Virus record (IMG/VR): IMGVR_UViG_3300023202_000142
Coordinates: 64,001-128,000 of that record
Length of the DNA: 64,000 bases
Reading direction: 5' to 3' (one strand)
From: a virus
The notes below the pieces were generated by a model, which worked only from the letters and a program-made list of their open reading frames with translations, was not told where the DNA came from and did no database searches. The stretch's first letter is position 1. Each line of letters begins with the position of its first letter. Positions 34,096-44,394 of the stretch are shown piece after piece. Made by a program: the position numbers and the translations under genes.

Positions 34096-34656
34096 ATGGA
34101 CGTCAATCAGGCAGATGAGATGCTCGACATGTACCGTCGGGCGGTGGAGCAAAACGCCGGAAACGATCGGCTGAGGCCAGTCGCGGGCACGGTGCACGTG
34201 CAGCTCATGCCGGAGATTAATCGGCGTGGTGACCTCATTCTCCCGGGTAAGCCGAAGGCCCTGGGTAACCGGCGGATCTGGTGTCGGTATGGCACTGTGA
34301 TCAATGTTGGTGCGGATGTGCCGATGCTGGGGGTCGGTGATGTCGTATTCTTCTCAAACATGTTGGGCATCCGGTTCAGGGGCTACGGTAATCCGTTGAA
34401 GCTCAAGGATCGCGATGTCGCCCACAGTGACGATGAGATTCGTATCCTGAAGGTGAGCGAGGAGTACACCGAGGTCTGGGGGCGATACACGCCTCATCGC
34501 GTCGGGACAACGATCACCTTCGACAAGCCTGGCGATGGCGTCATGACCGCCGAGGTTGTTGACGAGAGCCCCGCCTATGGCGGCTATTTGAAGATTCGGG
34601 AGGGCGACCACGAGTCGTGGGTCCCATATAAGTGGCTGTGCGATGCTGAGGAATGA
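34096..34656 (+). CDS. GroES-like co-chaperonin with extensions
   Basis: RLRPVAGTVHV...GDLILPG...GTVINVG...LGVGDVVFF. Confidence 0.65.
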   Translation: MDVNQADEMLDMYRRAVEQNAGNDRLRPVAGTVHVQLMPEINRRGDLILPGKPKALGNRRIWCRYGTVINVGADVPMLGVGDVVFFSNMLGIRFRGYGNPLKLKDRDVAHSDDEIRILKVSEEYTEVWGRYTPHRVGTTITFDKPGDGVMTAEVVDESPAYGGYLKIREGDHESWVPYKWLCDAEE

Positions 34657-36184
34657 GGTGCGAATCGATGGTCGGGCCTGGGTTCCGCGGGCTGTGCTGA
34701 CCGACAGTCAGGTCAACGCGATTCGCCGAAGCACTACGGTGCGTCTGCGTCCCGGCCCGTATGACGAGGCTGGGGCGGTTATTAAGATGGCCGCCGAGGG
34801 CGATTTCGCGATTGGGCTCCCCAGGGGTTTCTATCACCGGACAGCTCGCGGTGGTCTGCCTGTGGAGTACGATGTTACCGAGACGAGACGAGTGCTGGTC
34901 CCGGCCGTTTTTCCCCGTGATGACATGCAGCGCGAGGGGGTCGACACGTTGTCGAAGTACCTCTTGAGCGAGCGCGTGCGCGAGGGGATGTTGTTGGCCG
35001 CGACCGGCACCGGCAAGACAGTCATGGGGCTTCTGATTGCCGCGAAGATGGGCATGACGACTTTGATTGTCGTGCACACCACGATGCTACTCAACCAGTG
35101 GGTGGAGCGTATCAAGACGGAGCCCGGGGTGTTCCCCGATGCTGATGTCGGAATCTTCCGCGGTGATGACGAGGAGTTCGGCGGCGACTACGACATCGTT
35201 ATCGCGATGGTGCAGACGCTGGCGAACCGTTCCGCCGACCACCCCATCTTCGACTGGCCAGGTTTCATCATCGTTGATGAGTGCCACCGCCTCGGCGCCC
35301 CGACGTGGAATGAGGTTGCACACTACTTCAAGGCGGCGAAGCGTTTGGGGCTAACCGCGACACCGCGGCGAAGTGATGGCGGTGAACAGCTTTTTTTCGA
35401 CACCCTCGGGGATATCGTGTGGGAAGCGAAGGCCCCGATGATGGTGCCTCGCGTGCGCAAGGTGAAGACGGCGTTCCGGTTCAAGAAGGACTCCTATCCG
35501 TTGCACGTCGAGACGACGATCATGGTCCGGGATAGCGCACGCAATGCGTTGATCGTGCAGGAGATAGCGCTCGCAAGGAAGAGCTATCGGCATATCCTGG
35601 TCCTGGTGACCCGCACGGAGCACGCTCTGCGCTTGAAGCGGCTGATTAATGCTCAGGTGTCGGATGCCAGCGTGGGTGTCTGTGTCGGCTCCTGGTACGC
35701 CGATGAGGATGACGCGTTTGAGTACTGCGAGAGCGCGAGAGACTACCAGGATAAGTTCAAGACTGACGAGGGTAAGTACTCAGTCGCGCACAACGAGGAC
35801 AAGGACCGCTGGGAGACAGGGGATCTGATCGATGACGACATCCACAAGGTGTCTTGGAAGGACAAGGACCGTGGCAAGATCAAGAAGGTGAAGCCCCGGC
35901 GCCGCCGTCTCTCCGAGGAGGCGATCAAGGAAGCCGTGCAGTGTGACATCGTGATCGCGACTGAAAAGATGGTGAAGGAAGGGTTTGATGTGCCGAGCCT
36001 GGACACTCTTTTCATCACCATGCCGACGTGGGACCCGGTGCAGTCGACCGGCCGAATTCTTCGGCTTCATGAGGAGAAGCAGGAGCCGATCGTCACCCAC
36101 TTCGTCGACGATAATGTCAAAAAGTATGTTCGGGCATGGCACTCATCACGTAAGCACTACCAGGACCTCGGGTCGGACATATGA
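34643..36184 (+). CDS. UvsW-like SF2 helicase
   Basis: AATGTGKT, IVDECH, LGLTATPRR, EGFDVPSLDT, QSTGRILR. Confidence 0.9.
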   Translation: MLRNEVRIDGRAWVPRAVLTDSQVNAIRRSTTVRLRPGPYDEAGAVIKMAAEGDFAIGLPRGFYHRTARGGLPVEYDVTETRRVLVPAVFPRDDMQREGVDTLSKYLLSERVREGMLLAATGTGKTVMGLLIAAKMGMTTLIVVHTTMLLNQWVERIKTEPGVFPDADVGIFRGDDEEFGGDYDIVIAMVQTLANRSADHPIFDWPGFIIVDECHRLGAPTWNEVAHYFKAAKRLGLTATPRRSDGGEQLFFDTLGDIVWEAKAPMMVPRVRKVKTAFRFKKDSYPLHVETTIMVRDSARNALIVQEIALARKSYRHILVLVTRTEHALRLKRLINAQVSDASVGVCVGSWYADEDDAFEYCESARDYQDKFKTDEGKYSVAHNEDKDRWETGDLIDDDIHKVSWKDKDRGKIKKVKPRRRRLSEEAIKEAVQCDIVIATEKMVKEGFDVPSLDTLFITMPTWDPVQSTGRILRLHEEKQEPIVTHFVDDNVKKYVRAWHSSRKHYQDLGSDI

Positions 36185-37614
36185 GCAAGACGCCAACGCG
36201 CCAGGAGCGGCTCCGCGCCGTGCAGAAGAACACCCAGAAGGCGATGGGTAAGCATCACCTTGTCTTTGCGGATGCCGGGTACGTGAAACGGCCGATGATC
36301 CCCATCAACTGCATTCAAATGGACGCGGCAATGGGCGGCGGGTTCCAGGCCGGAGGTTTTCACCTGTTGTGGGGCTGGGAGGCCGGTGGCAAGACCACGA
36401 CGGCGCTCAAGGCGCTGTCGAACGCCCAGAAGATGTGTGCGAAGTGCACGACGTTCATTCAGCCGTCGTTGCTTGTTGAGCCGATCGATGAGCCCGACGA
36501 GTGGTTATCGAAGCGGTGGCAGTGCCAGTCCTGCTTCGCGCCGTACCATGAGGACGAGCGACCGATTTCGTCGTTGTATGACTGGACCAAGGAGGAGGGA
36601 GGAGACACCAAGGGGATCGACAAGGCCCATGTCATCTGTGTTGAGTGTGGTGTTCACGGGTCCAAGGATGACGTCTTCGGCAAGCTGGGTGAGAAGGATA
36701 ATTGGGACCGCATTGAAGGTGATGCGAATTGCGAGTGCGGTGCCAACGAGCCGTCGATCGGCCTGTTTGTCGATTTCGAGGGCCGCCTCGACCTGGAGTG
36801 GGCGCAGGCTCTCGGCGTCGATTCGAGCAGGATGCTGCTGGAGGAACCGGAGTACGGCGAGGCGGGCGTTGACGTCATCAGGGAGTGTATCGGTCAGGGG
36901 GTCGTCGACTTCGTTGTGATTGACTCGATCAGTCATATCACGGCGTCAGCAGAGATTGATGCGACCTCGGAGGACGCCGTTGTCGGCACCTCGGCTCGAC
37001 TGGTCAATCGGTTCTTGCGTCAACTCCCTGGTCTACAGCACCGGGCCAGGAACGACTGGGGTGTGCGTCCGACGGTGATCGGCATCAACCAGGTGCGACA
37101 CAAGATCGGAACGTTCGGTGGCCACACGACGTTCGGTGGCGAAGGTCAGAAGTTCTCGGCCTCGTCGACCGTGAAGTTCACGTCTAGCAATGCTGAGCGG
37201 GATCGGGTCCAGGTAGGCCGCAAGACGCGCAAAGAGTATCTGGGTTTGGCGAAGATGACGACGATCAAGGCGCGGACGGAGAAATCGTCGGTGCGCGCGG
37301 TGAGGTCGTTGGATTTCGAAATGTACCTTGTCACCGCCGACCACGATGGTCTCAGGAAGGGTGAGTTCGATGACTACTCGTTGACCTATAACTGGGGTCG
37401 CAGCTCCGGCATTATCGAGAAGAGGTCGTCGGGAGATCCCGGGTATCGCAAGGGTCTTCCGTGGAGTGTAAGGGGGTGGCCTCAGACGTTCCGTACCGCT
37501 GAGGACCTGCAGGACGAGATGCACCGTAACCCGTTCTTCAAGATGCACATCCACCGCCATGTGATCCAGCTTGTGCATGAGGACTGGACGGTACTCAAGG
37601 AGAAGCTGGAGTGA
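36181..37614 (+). CDS. recA: RecA/UvsX-like recombinase with Cys-rich insertion
   Basis: MDAAMGGG, GWEAGGKTT, FVDFEGRLD, VVIDSI, INQVRHKIG, TFGGEGQKF. Confidence 0.88.
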   Translation: MSKTPTRQERLRAVQKNTQKAMGKHHLVFADAGYVKRPMIPINCIQMDAAMGGGFQAGGFHLLWGWEAGGKTTTALKALSNAQKMCAKCTTFIQPSLLVEPIDEPDEWLSKRWQCQSCFAPYHEDERPISSLYDWTKEEGGDTKGIDKAHVICVECGVHGSKDDVFGKLGEKDNWDRIEGDANCECGANEPSIGLFVDFEGRLDLEWAQALGVDSSRMLLEEPEYGEAGVDVIRECIGQGVVDFVVIDSISHITASAEIDATSEDAVVGTSARLVNRFLRQLPGLQHRARNDWGVRPTVIGINQVRHKIGTFGGHTTFGGEGQKFSASSTVKFTSSNAERDRVQVGRKTRKEYLGLAKMTTIKARTEKSSVRAVRSLDFEMYLVTADHDGLRKGEFDDYSLTYNWGRSSGIIEKRSSGDPGYRKGLPWSVRGWPQTFRTAEDLQDEMHRNPFFKMHIHRHVIQLVHEDWTVLKEKLE

Positions 37615-38078
37615 GCGGCGACGACGACAGCAAGTTCTTGCCCGAGGGTCGCCGTGTCTTTGGTTCATTCATCAAGGGTGCCGACAAGAAGTCTCAGAAG
37701 CGAAAGCGCAAACGGTCGATCAGGCAGGAGGATCGCATTGCCGAGGAGATCGGGGGTCGTCGCGTTCCTGGCTCCGGCAACAAGGCGTCGGGAATGCAGG
37801 TTGGTGGCGGTGCCCACGGAACCCGGGGCTCCAGCGGGGACGTGAACTCCAGGGACTTCAAGGTCGAGGCGAAGTACACCGACAAGAAGAGCTACCGTAT
37901 CGATGAGAAGACGGTCCTGAAAGCGTTTTTCGAGGCCGAAACGGAGGGCAAGGATTGGTTGCTCCAGGTGGATATCCATGGGTTCGACTCAGTCGGCCCC
38001 AGCCGCTTCGCCATTCTGGACTGGGACGTGTTTGTTGAGCTGTTGTCGAGGGCAAGAGGGGATGATGAGTCCAGTTAG
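37611..38078 (+). CDS. Hjc-like PD-(D/E)xK nuclease (putative Holliday junction resolvase)
   Basis: EDRIAEEIGGRRVPGSG...GDV...FKVEAK. Confidence 0.75.
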   Translation: MSGDDDSKFLPEGRRVFGSFIKGADKKSQKRKRKRSIRQEDRIAEEIGGRRVPGSGNKASGMQVGGGAHGTRGSSGDVNSRDFKVEAKYTDKKSYRIDEKTVLKAFFEAETEGKDWLLQVDIHGFDSVGPSRFAILDWDVFVELLSRARGDDESS

Positions 38079-38664
38079 ATACCAGTGTCCAGGCTGTGGC
38101 GCCGGTGCGTTCATTTCGGTGTCGGTAGGCGGGGAGACCTTTCCGCTGAGTCCTGGTGAGCGAATTGATTGCCATAACTGTGACCGATCGTACCGGGCGG
38201 TTGCGTCAACCCCTGCCGGCTTATGGGCGGCACTGCCTGACCAGAGTCGTCGTGCGGTTCGCCGGCAGTGGGCTCAGCTCAAGAGCTGGTCGCGCGTAAA
38301 GCGCGACGGTGACGTCCCCACCGCGACCATTAATGGCATTGTCCTGGACGCCTTGAACGAACTGAAGCGCATCAAGGGGATACAGCGGCCGGTCGATACG
38401 TTGCTGTACTATGCGACTGTAGTGAAGCCGTCGGACGGCCTCTCGGACCTGCTTGACACTGTCATTTGCACACTGATGGAGCAGAGCGCTGTCTTGGAGC
38501 TGTATCGTGATCTGCGGCATTACGAGTGCGACGGTCCACCGCAGACTCTGTTTGAGGAGTCGCGCGGCCTTGTGGATCGCAGGTCCCGTCAGCGCTGGGC
38601 GCATGAAAAGATGGTCGAGTTCGGCTTCCTGAGAGCAAAGCCAAGGGGTCGTCGTGGCCGTTGA
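38062..38664 (+). CDS. Hypothetical protein with N-terminal zinc ribbon
   Basis: CPGC...CHNC. Confidence 0.55.
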   Translation: MMSPVRYQCPGCGAGAFISVSVGGETFPLSPGERIDCHNCDRSYRAVASTPAGLWAALPDQSRRAVRRQWAQLKSWSRVKRDGDVPTATINGIVLDALNELKRIKGIQRPVDTLLYYATVVKPSDGLSDLLDTVICTLMEQSAVLELYRDLRHYECDGPPQTLFEESRGLVDRRSRQRWAHEKMVEFGFLRAKPRGRRGR

Positions 38665-39595
38665 CTGGGGTCTCGCTGAAGCACAGTTGCCGTTGTCGTC
38701 TTTCGTTCTGAGGAGGGGGTCACGGTACAAGGATGTTCTGCCGCGTCAGATCGGTGATGCGTTTCGGGGCTCGTCGTTGCGCGACATCTGTCCTCGCCAG
38801 GAGGTGCTTTGCAATATTCATCAGGTCTTTCGGCAGGATGAGATCGAGCCGGATCTTGCCTACATCTTCGCGGTAGGGAACGGCATTCACGAGGCGATTC
38901 AGCAGTCGCTTCTCAAGGACATCATTGTCGGCGCCTGGAGGTGCAGGGGTTGCGGCGCGGTGTATGGGTCGATGGAGGAATTGATCCCGATGCCCGAGCG
39001 GTGTGTCGGCAGGTTGTACGATCACAGGACTGAGGAGTTGACGCAGTGCCCCAACCACAACTTCTCCGAGGATGTCATTACCGATTGGCATCTCCCTGGC
39101 TTCAAATACAAAGAGATCGACCTGCATCACGAGGATCCTCTCGTTTACAGCCACCCTGATGGAGTGTTGTGGAGGGGCAAGGGTTTGCCGCCACAGGGCC
39201 TGACATTCGACAATCCGCTCCTGGAGCTGCTAGAGATCAAATCCGCTTCGTGGGTGGCGATGCTCTACGGGTACGGGCACGGAAAAATAGCGAAAGCGCC
39301 TGTCCCTTATCACGTCGACCAGGCGATGCTCTACATGTGGATCCTTGGGATCAAGCGTGGTCGCCTGCTGTATGTGCGTAAAGAGGGCCGCGGGATTCGG
39401 TCGAGTTTCATTGAGCATACGATTGATCTCGACGATGACCATGTCAGGGACAACATCCTGACGATCCCGCAGACCATCGATGAGGGTATCGAGAGTCGAG
39501 ACCCGACTCGCGCGCAGCGGATCTGCAACAACAAGTCTTGTGCGCGCGCTCGCGCGTGCCCGGTTCGCAAGGAATGCTGGAGTACCGATGAGTGA
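38654..39595 (+). CDS. Cas4/RecB-like PD-(D/E)xK exonuclease
   Basis: CPRQ, HPDG, LEIKS, QAMLYM and C-terminal C..C..CPVRKEC cluster ligands. Confidence 0.8.
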   Translation: MAVDWGLAEAQLPLSSFVLRRGSRYKDVLPRQIGDAFRGSSLRDICPRQEVLCNIHQVFRQDEIEPDLAYIFAVGNGIHEAIQQSLLKDIIVGAWRCRGCGAVYGSMEELIPMPERCVGRLYDHRTEELTQCPNHNFSEDVITDWHLPGFKYKEIDLHHEDPLVYSHPDGVLWRGKGLPPQGLTFDNPLLELLEIKSASWVAMLYGYGHGKIAKAPVPYHVDQAMLYMWILGIKRGRLLYVRKEGRGIRSSFIEHTIDLDDDHVRDNILTIPQTIDEGIESRDPTRAQRICNNKSCARARACPVRKECWSTDE

Positions 39596-40145
39596 GATGG
39601 ACGGTATCCTCTCGAAGGTCGTTTCGAAGATGGACGACTACAAAGAGACTCGACGCTCTGATGTTCCGAAGCTGTTCTTCGGCATTGACCCGGGCTGGAC
39701 AGGCGGCTTTGCAGCCGTCGATCAGTGGGGTCAGTTTGTTCATGCGTTCAGCTTCAAAAAGATGACCGAGACAGACGTCGTTAAGGACATCTGGGCGTGG
39801 TTGGGCCCGAAGCTCGAAGAGGAGTACAGGCCCACGTTTTGCGTTGTGGAGAAGGTGCACGCTATGCCCAAGCAGGGTGTCAGTTCGACCTTCAAGTTCG
39901 GCTGGCAGTTTGGCTTGGTGCGCTCGGCGGTCATCCTGAGTGAGGTCGCCTGGGATGAGGTCCGGCCGGCGAAGTGGCAGAAGAAACTGAAGTGTAGGAC
40001 CGGGGGAGACAAAGGGGTCGCGTTAGCCAGGGCGCAACAGCTCTGGCCTGATGTCGACATGAACAAGACAGGCTACAAGGCGTTCTACGATGCGTTGCTT
40101 CTCGCTGATTACGGGCGGCGCCTGCATCTGGGACTGGAATTCTAA
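39588..40145 (+). CDS. RuvC-like Holliday junction resolvase
   Basis: FGIDPG..GGFA, VVEKV, FKFG, DALLLA. Confidence 0.82.
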   Translation: MSEMDGILSKVVSKMDDYKETRRSDVPKLFFGIDPGWTGGFAAVDQWGQFVHAFSFKKMTETDVVKDIWAWLGPKLEEEYRPTFCVVEKVHAMPKQGVSSTFKFGWQFGLVRSAVILSEVAWDEVRPAKWQKKLKCRTGGDKGVALARAQQLWPDVDMNKTGYKAFYDALLLADYGRRLHLGLEF

Positions 40146-40147
40146 CG

Positions 40148-41293
40148 ATGGAGGAGAGGATGGCGGAAGCACGAACGAAGGTAGAGAGCCCGGAGATCGA
40201 CGAGGCGGAAGCGGCGATGGCGAAGTCCGCCGAGGCTGCGTCGGCCCTTGCAGACACGACGAAAGAGCGCGAGGAGGAGGCGCGCTTGCGGTTGCAGCAC
40301 ATCCGCGACATCGCGGAGCGTGAGACCGAGATTTTCGTTGAGCTGGCGGAGGAACTCTACGAGATCAACAAGAAGGCGCTGTTTCATCACATGGTAAACC
40401 CGTCGACCGGCGATAAGTACTCGTCGTTCAAGGAGTTCGCCCTGGAGGAGACCTGGTTTGGCTCGGAGAGGACGGCGTCCTACCTCATGGCGATCTGGGA
40501 CTACTATGTCGTCCAGGAGGGTGAGGGCGACCGCGCCTTCCTCGATTCCATCAAGCACCTGGGGTGGTCGAAGCTCCGCGAGATGATCGGGTTCCTCGAT
40601 ACGGAGAACCTCGAAGAGGTCATGCAGGTCGTCGATGGTCCCGAGGGCCAGATGTCCAAGCGCGACATCGTCGCGATGGTGAAAGAACAGCGTGCGGCGA
40701 AGGAACCTGGATCCAAAAAGCAGGGCGGCGATGACGATCCCGGGAAATCGAAGAGCCCCAGTGACGCAGACCGCGACAAGCTCAAGCAGGTGAAATTCCG
40801 GCTCTATGAGCACCAGAAGTCGAACCTGGACATCGCCATCGAGAAGGCGAAGAACATCCGCGAGACGGATAGTGATGCTGAGGCCCTCGACATCATCTCT
40901 CTGGAGTTCATCTCTCTGCACGCCGCCGATGACAAGGAGTCGATGGTCGACATCATGTCGGCGATGGAGGCGTCCCTGGGCGGCAAGCTCGTGCTATTCA
41001 AGCGTGACGGCGCTCACTACGTCGGCAAAGGCGAGGATGGCGGTGATAAGCCGTCTGAGCGCGCTGAGGCCCTGTTTGAGGTCATCGAGGATCAGATGGG
41101 CGTCACGATCTCCGTCATCCAGGACGGTGAACTGGTGTATGCGCCTGGGCTCAACGAGGACGACTCTCAGATCTCGCAGTTGTCCAACACGCTGTCGGCG
41201 ATGGAGGAGGCCGCCGATGTCAAGCTGATCGCCTACAAGGATGGCGAGTTTCTCTACGGCGCCGACACTCTTCGGTCGTTGGCCGAGAAGTGA
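40148..41293 (+). CDS. Hypothetical protein, possibly DNA-binding
   Basis: 381 aa; coiled N-terminus and YSSFKEFALE...SERTASYLM helical motif. Confidence 0.6.
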   Translation: MEERMAEARTKVESPEIDEAEAAMAKSAEAASALADTTKEREEEARLRLQHIRDIAERETEIFVELAEELYEINKKALFHHMVNPSTGDKYSSFKEFALEETWFGSERTASYLMAIWDYYVVQEGEGDRAFLDSIKHLGWSKLREMIGFLDTENLEEVMQVVDGPEGQMSKRDIVAMVKEQRAAKEPGSKKQGGDDDPGKSKSPSDADRDKLKQVKFRLYEHQKSNLDIAIEKAKNIRETDSDAEALDIISLEFISLHAADDKESMVDIMSAMEASLGGKLVLFKRDGAHYVGKGEDGGDKPSERAEALFEVIEDQMGVTISVIQDGELVYAPGLNEDDSQISQLSNTLSAMEEAADVKLIAYKDGEFLYGADTLRSLAEK

Positions 41294-41679
41294 AGAAGCC
41301 CCCGATTACGATGCGGTGGCTGGGGCACGCCTTTTACGCCACCGTCCGTTCCGGCTCCCCTCCCCCGTGGATTAGGTTAGGGGAGGGTGTTAACGTGTTG
41401 GTGGATCTTCGTGACTGGCCGGGTAATATCGGGCTGTGTTTCAAACCTGATGATGGTCTGCCAGTTGAGGAGTTCGAGGCCCTTACCGAGGCTCTGATGG
41501 ATCGATGGGCCCCGATCGAGGAGTGGGTGATTGACCCGGGACAGAATACGAAGCCGAACTGGATTATTCGTCGGCTTGAGGTCTCGTGCATGCGCCCGCG
41601 CCCGCGAAGGAACTTGATGCAGGGCCACTGGATCGTCACGAACCCTTGGCTGAACGGTACCTATGCCCGGGAAACGTAA
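41290..41679 (+). CDS. Hypothetical protein
   Basis: 129 aa, GTGA overlap. Confidence 0.5.
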   Translation: MKKPPITMRWLGHAFYATVRSGSPPPWIRLGEGVNVLVDLRDWPGNIGLCFKPDDGLPVEEFEALTEALMDRWAPIEEWVIDPGQNTKPNWIIRRLEVSCMRPRPRRNLMQGHWIVTNPWLNGTYARET

Positions 41680-42340
41680 GAGCAGGCGGGATCGCAAGAA
41701 GTTTGCGAAGTTACAGTCTTTGCAGTGCTTCCCGGACGTCTACAAGCTTCTCTGTGATGGCTACCCGGTCTCCCAGGTGGCGTCATACATTCAGAACGAA
41801 CACGGGGAATACACGGGCATTCAGCAGAAGACGCTGCAGCACATGCTGACCGACTTCAAGCGCGAGATGATCCCCGATGACCACAAAGTAACTTTCCCGG
41901 AAGCCTCGAAGGTTCGCGATCGACAGGAGGCGGCCAAGGGTGTTGATCTCGTTGAAGAGATGAAGGCGTTGTACTACGTCCAGTTGTCTCGGGTGCAGAT
42001 CGCGACGCGCGTCGAGGAAGAAAACGGTCATCTCATTGAGGGTGCTGGTCGTGAGGTCAAGGTCGCCTCTGACTTGTTGATGCGTCTCAGCAAGCTCATC
42101 GATCGCGCAGAAGAGAAGAATGAGGACGGCCCCTATAAGGACCTGGAGGACGGCGCTCGTGCTTCGATGGCAGCAGAAGAGGCCACGGGTATCGATGCGG
42201 CGTTTCTGCAGGACCCCATGAAGCGCCAGCAGTTCCTGGAGCTGTTTCAGAAGCTACAGTCTGCCGAGACCGAGGTCGTGCTGGACCTCAGCGACGATGA
42301 GCCCGAGGAACTGCCGGAACCCGTGGAGGCCGTGTCGTGA
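41663..42340 (+). CDS. Putative terminase small subunit
   Basis: N-terminal HTH-like segment, helical, immediately upstream of TerL; positional inference. Confidence 0.55.
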   Translation: MPGKRKSRRDRKKFAKLQSLQCFPDVYKLLCDGYPVSQVASYIQNEHGEYTGIQQKTLQHMLTDFKREMIPDDHKVTFPEASKVRDRQEAAKGVDLVEEMKALYYVQLSRVQIATRVEEENGHLIEGAGREVKVASDLLMRLSKLIDRAEEKNEDGPYKDLEDGARASMAAEEATGIDAAFLQDPMKRQQFLELFQKLQSAETEVVLDLSDDEPEELPEPVEAVS

Positions 42341-44394
42341 TCAAGATTGAGGGCGGCAGGGCCAGGTCTGTCAGGACCCCAGAGGAGGAACTGAACCTGC
42401 TTCGACAGAAGTGGGGCGCGTTCTCCGAGGAAGAGCAGCGGTTCATCATGGAGCTGATGAATCGGAGCGACAGCGATGCTGAGCGAATTCTCGCCGAGAT
42501 CAAATCGGCGCACTACCACCGCGAACCGGTGGACATCGATACTTTTCTGGACGATGAGTACTACTCTGGCCCAGGCGGGTCATCAGTTTACCCCAAGCTG
42601 CGCGAGGAGCTGCGCGAGATTTTTCGCGGCGACTACTCTGAGGTGATTCTCAGCGGTGGCATCGGCTGGGGCAAGAGCTATACGGCCACCTACGGCCTGA
42701 TGTATTCGATCTACCGCACCACTTGCTTGCGCGACCCCCAGTCTAGCTTCGGCCTCGCCCCGGGCACGATCATCTGGTTTGCGTTCCTGTCGATGTATCG
42801 AAAGCATGCCGGGGAGACGATCTTCGAGGACATTCGTACCAAGATCGAAGCGTCCCCCTATTTCTACGAACTGATGGATGACACAAAGGGGTCTGGATTC
42901 TCCAAGTATCAGGCAACGATCTCGAAGAACCTCAAGCTGATCTGTGAGTCCTCGACTGCGAACAAGGTCATCGGCCTTAACGTGTTCGGCGGCATGCTGG
43001 ACGAGGTCAACTTTGGCGAATCCGCCCGTGTCGCCAAGGATGCTGTGACGCTCAACACCGCCGGCAAAACCCCACCCACGAAGGTCGAGAAGGTCTACCG
43101 ATCGATCATCGCCCGCATCAACTCTCGCTTCATGCGCAATGGCTCGGTGCCCGGTGTGTTGTTCGTCGTCAGCTCGAAGAACAACGAGACCGACTTTACT
43201 CAGAAGCGCATCCAGGAGGCCCTGAATGATCCCAGCGTCTACGTCATGGATTTCCCGGAGTGGGAGACGAAGCCGCCCGAGAAATACAGCGGCGAGAAGT
43301 TTCGTGTGTTCTTTGGCGGCAAGACCATGAGGTCACGGGTGCTCAAGGGGGGCGAGGACCCACCGGAGGTCACTGACGATCTGCAGCGAATTGTCGAGGT
43401 CCCAGTCGAGCACAAGGAACAGTTTGTTGAGGGCGACATTGAGGTCGCCTTGCGTGATATTGCCGGTATCGCGGTTCCTCGCGTAATGCCGTTCATTCAG
43501 CGGACCGACGTCATCCACGGAATGTACTATGACCGGAAAGATCCGCTGCCTCTGAAATCCCTGCAGTGGGTCTCGGGCCGACAGGAGCCGTTCCGCTGGG
43601 ATGTGTTGTGTGAGTGCGGCAAGCCCAGGAAGCTTGGCGATCAGGTTGAAATCAACTGGGTGCCCAGGATCAACCCAGATGCACCACGTCACATCCACAT
43701 CGACCCATCAAAGAATGGCGACGCCACCGGGTTCGCGATGGGTCACATCGAGAAGATGGTCGAGGTCACTCAGCGCGACACGCATACTGGGGAACTCTAC
43801 AAGGAGCTGATGCCCCTGATCTATGTCGACATCGCCCTACAGGTGCTCCCGCCGGATGAGGGTGAGATTGAGATGGAGCTGTTGCGTAAACTGGTCTACT
43901 CGCTGACCGGTCATGGGTTCCCGGTGCACTACATTTCCACCGACCAGAATCAGACGGTGGACATGATCCAGCAGTTCGAGAAGAAAGGCTACCAGGCTGA
44001 GGTGCGCTCCCTGGACCGTAAGCCGACGGGCTACAAGCACCTCAAAAACGCGTTGTATCAACGCCGACTCCGGTGCTACAACTACCACCCGCTGAACGAG
44101 GAATTGGAGAACCTTCAATGGGATTCGGCTAAGGACAAGGTCGACCACCCGACTACACTGGCCGATGGCCGTGCAGGCTCGAAGGATGTGGCTGATTCGG
44201 TGGCCGGGGTTGTCTGGTCCTTGACTGACATGCAAACTGGCGCCCCACCCGTGGTGAAGCCTGACGAGGCGAGATCGAAGCCCGATCACCCCCTGGAGCA
44301 CTGGATGGACGTCGGACAAAATCCCAACGCGAGAGAGTCCGACGCCGGTCCACTTTTCGGTGACACGCCGTTCCTCTTTGGTGGGGGCGATTGA
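42337..44394 (+). CDS. terL: Terminase large subunit
   Basis: GGIGWGKS Walker A, MLDE Walker B, VSS motif III, HIDPS...DATG, STD, KDVADS nuclease motifs. Confidence 0.92.
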   Translation: MIKIEGGRARSVRTPEEELNLLRQKWGAFSEEEQRFIMELMNRSDSDAERILAEIKSAHYHREPVDIDTFLDDEYYSGPGGSSVYPKLREELREIFRGDYSEVILSGGIGWGKSYTATYGLMYSIYRTTCLRDPQSSFGLAPGTIIWFAFLSMYRKHAGETIFEDIRTKIEASPYFYELMDDTKGSGFSKYQATISKNLKLICESSTANKVIGLNVFGGMLDEVNFGESARVAKDAVTLNTAGKTPPTKVEKVYRSIIARINSRFMRNGSVPGVLFVVSSKNNETDFTQKRIQEALNDPSVYVMDFPEWETKPPEKYSGEKFRVFFGGKTMRSRVLKGGEDPPEVTDDLQRIVEVPVEHKEQFVEGDIEVALRDIAGIAVPRVMPFIQRTDVIHGMYYDRKDPLPLKSLQWVSGRQEPFRWDVLCECGKPRKLGDQVEINWVPRINPDAPRHIHIDPSKNGDATGFAMGHIEKMVEVTQRDTHTGELYKELMPLIYVDIALQVLPPDEGEIEMELLRKLVYSLTGHGFPVHYISTDQNQTVDMIQQFEKKGYQAEVRSLDRKPTGYKHLKNALYQRRLRCYNYHPLNEELENLQWDSAKDKVDHPTTLADGRAGSKDVADSVAGVVWSLTDMQTGAPPVVKPDEARSKPDHPLEHWMDVGQNPNARESDAGPLFGDTPFLFGGGD

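Noticed and set aside
38654-39595. CRISPR-Cas locus based on the Cas4-like gene
   Set aside because: No cas1/cas2 and no repeat-spacer array seen anywhere in the window; solo Cas4-like exonucleases are common in phage recombination modules.
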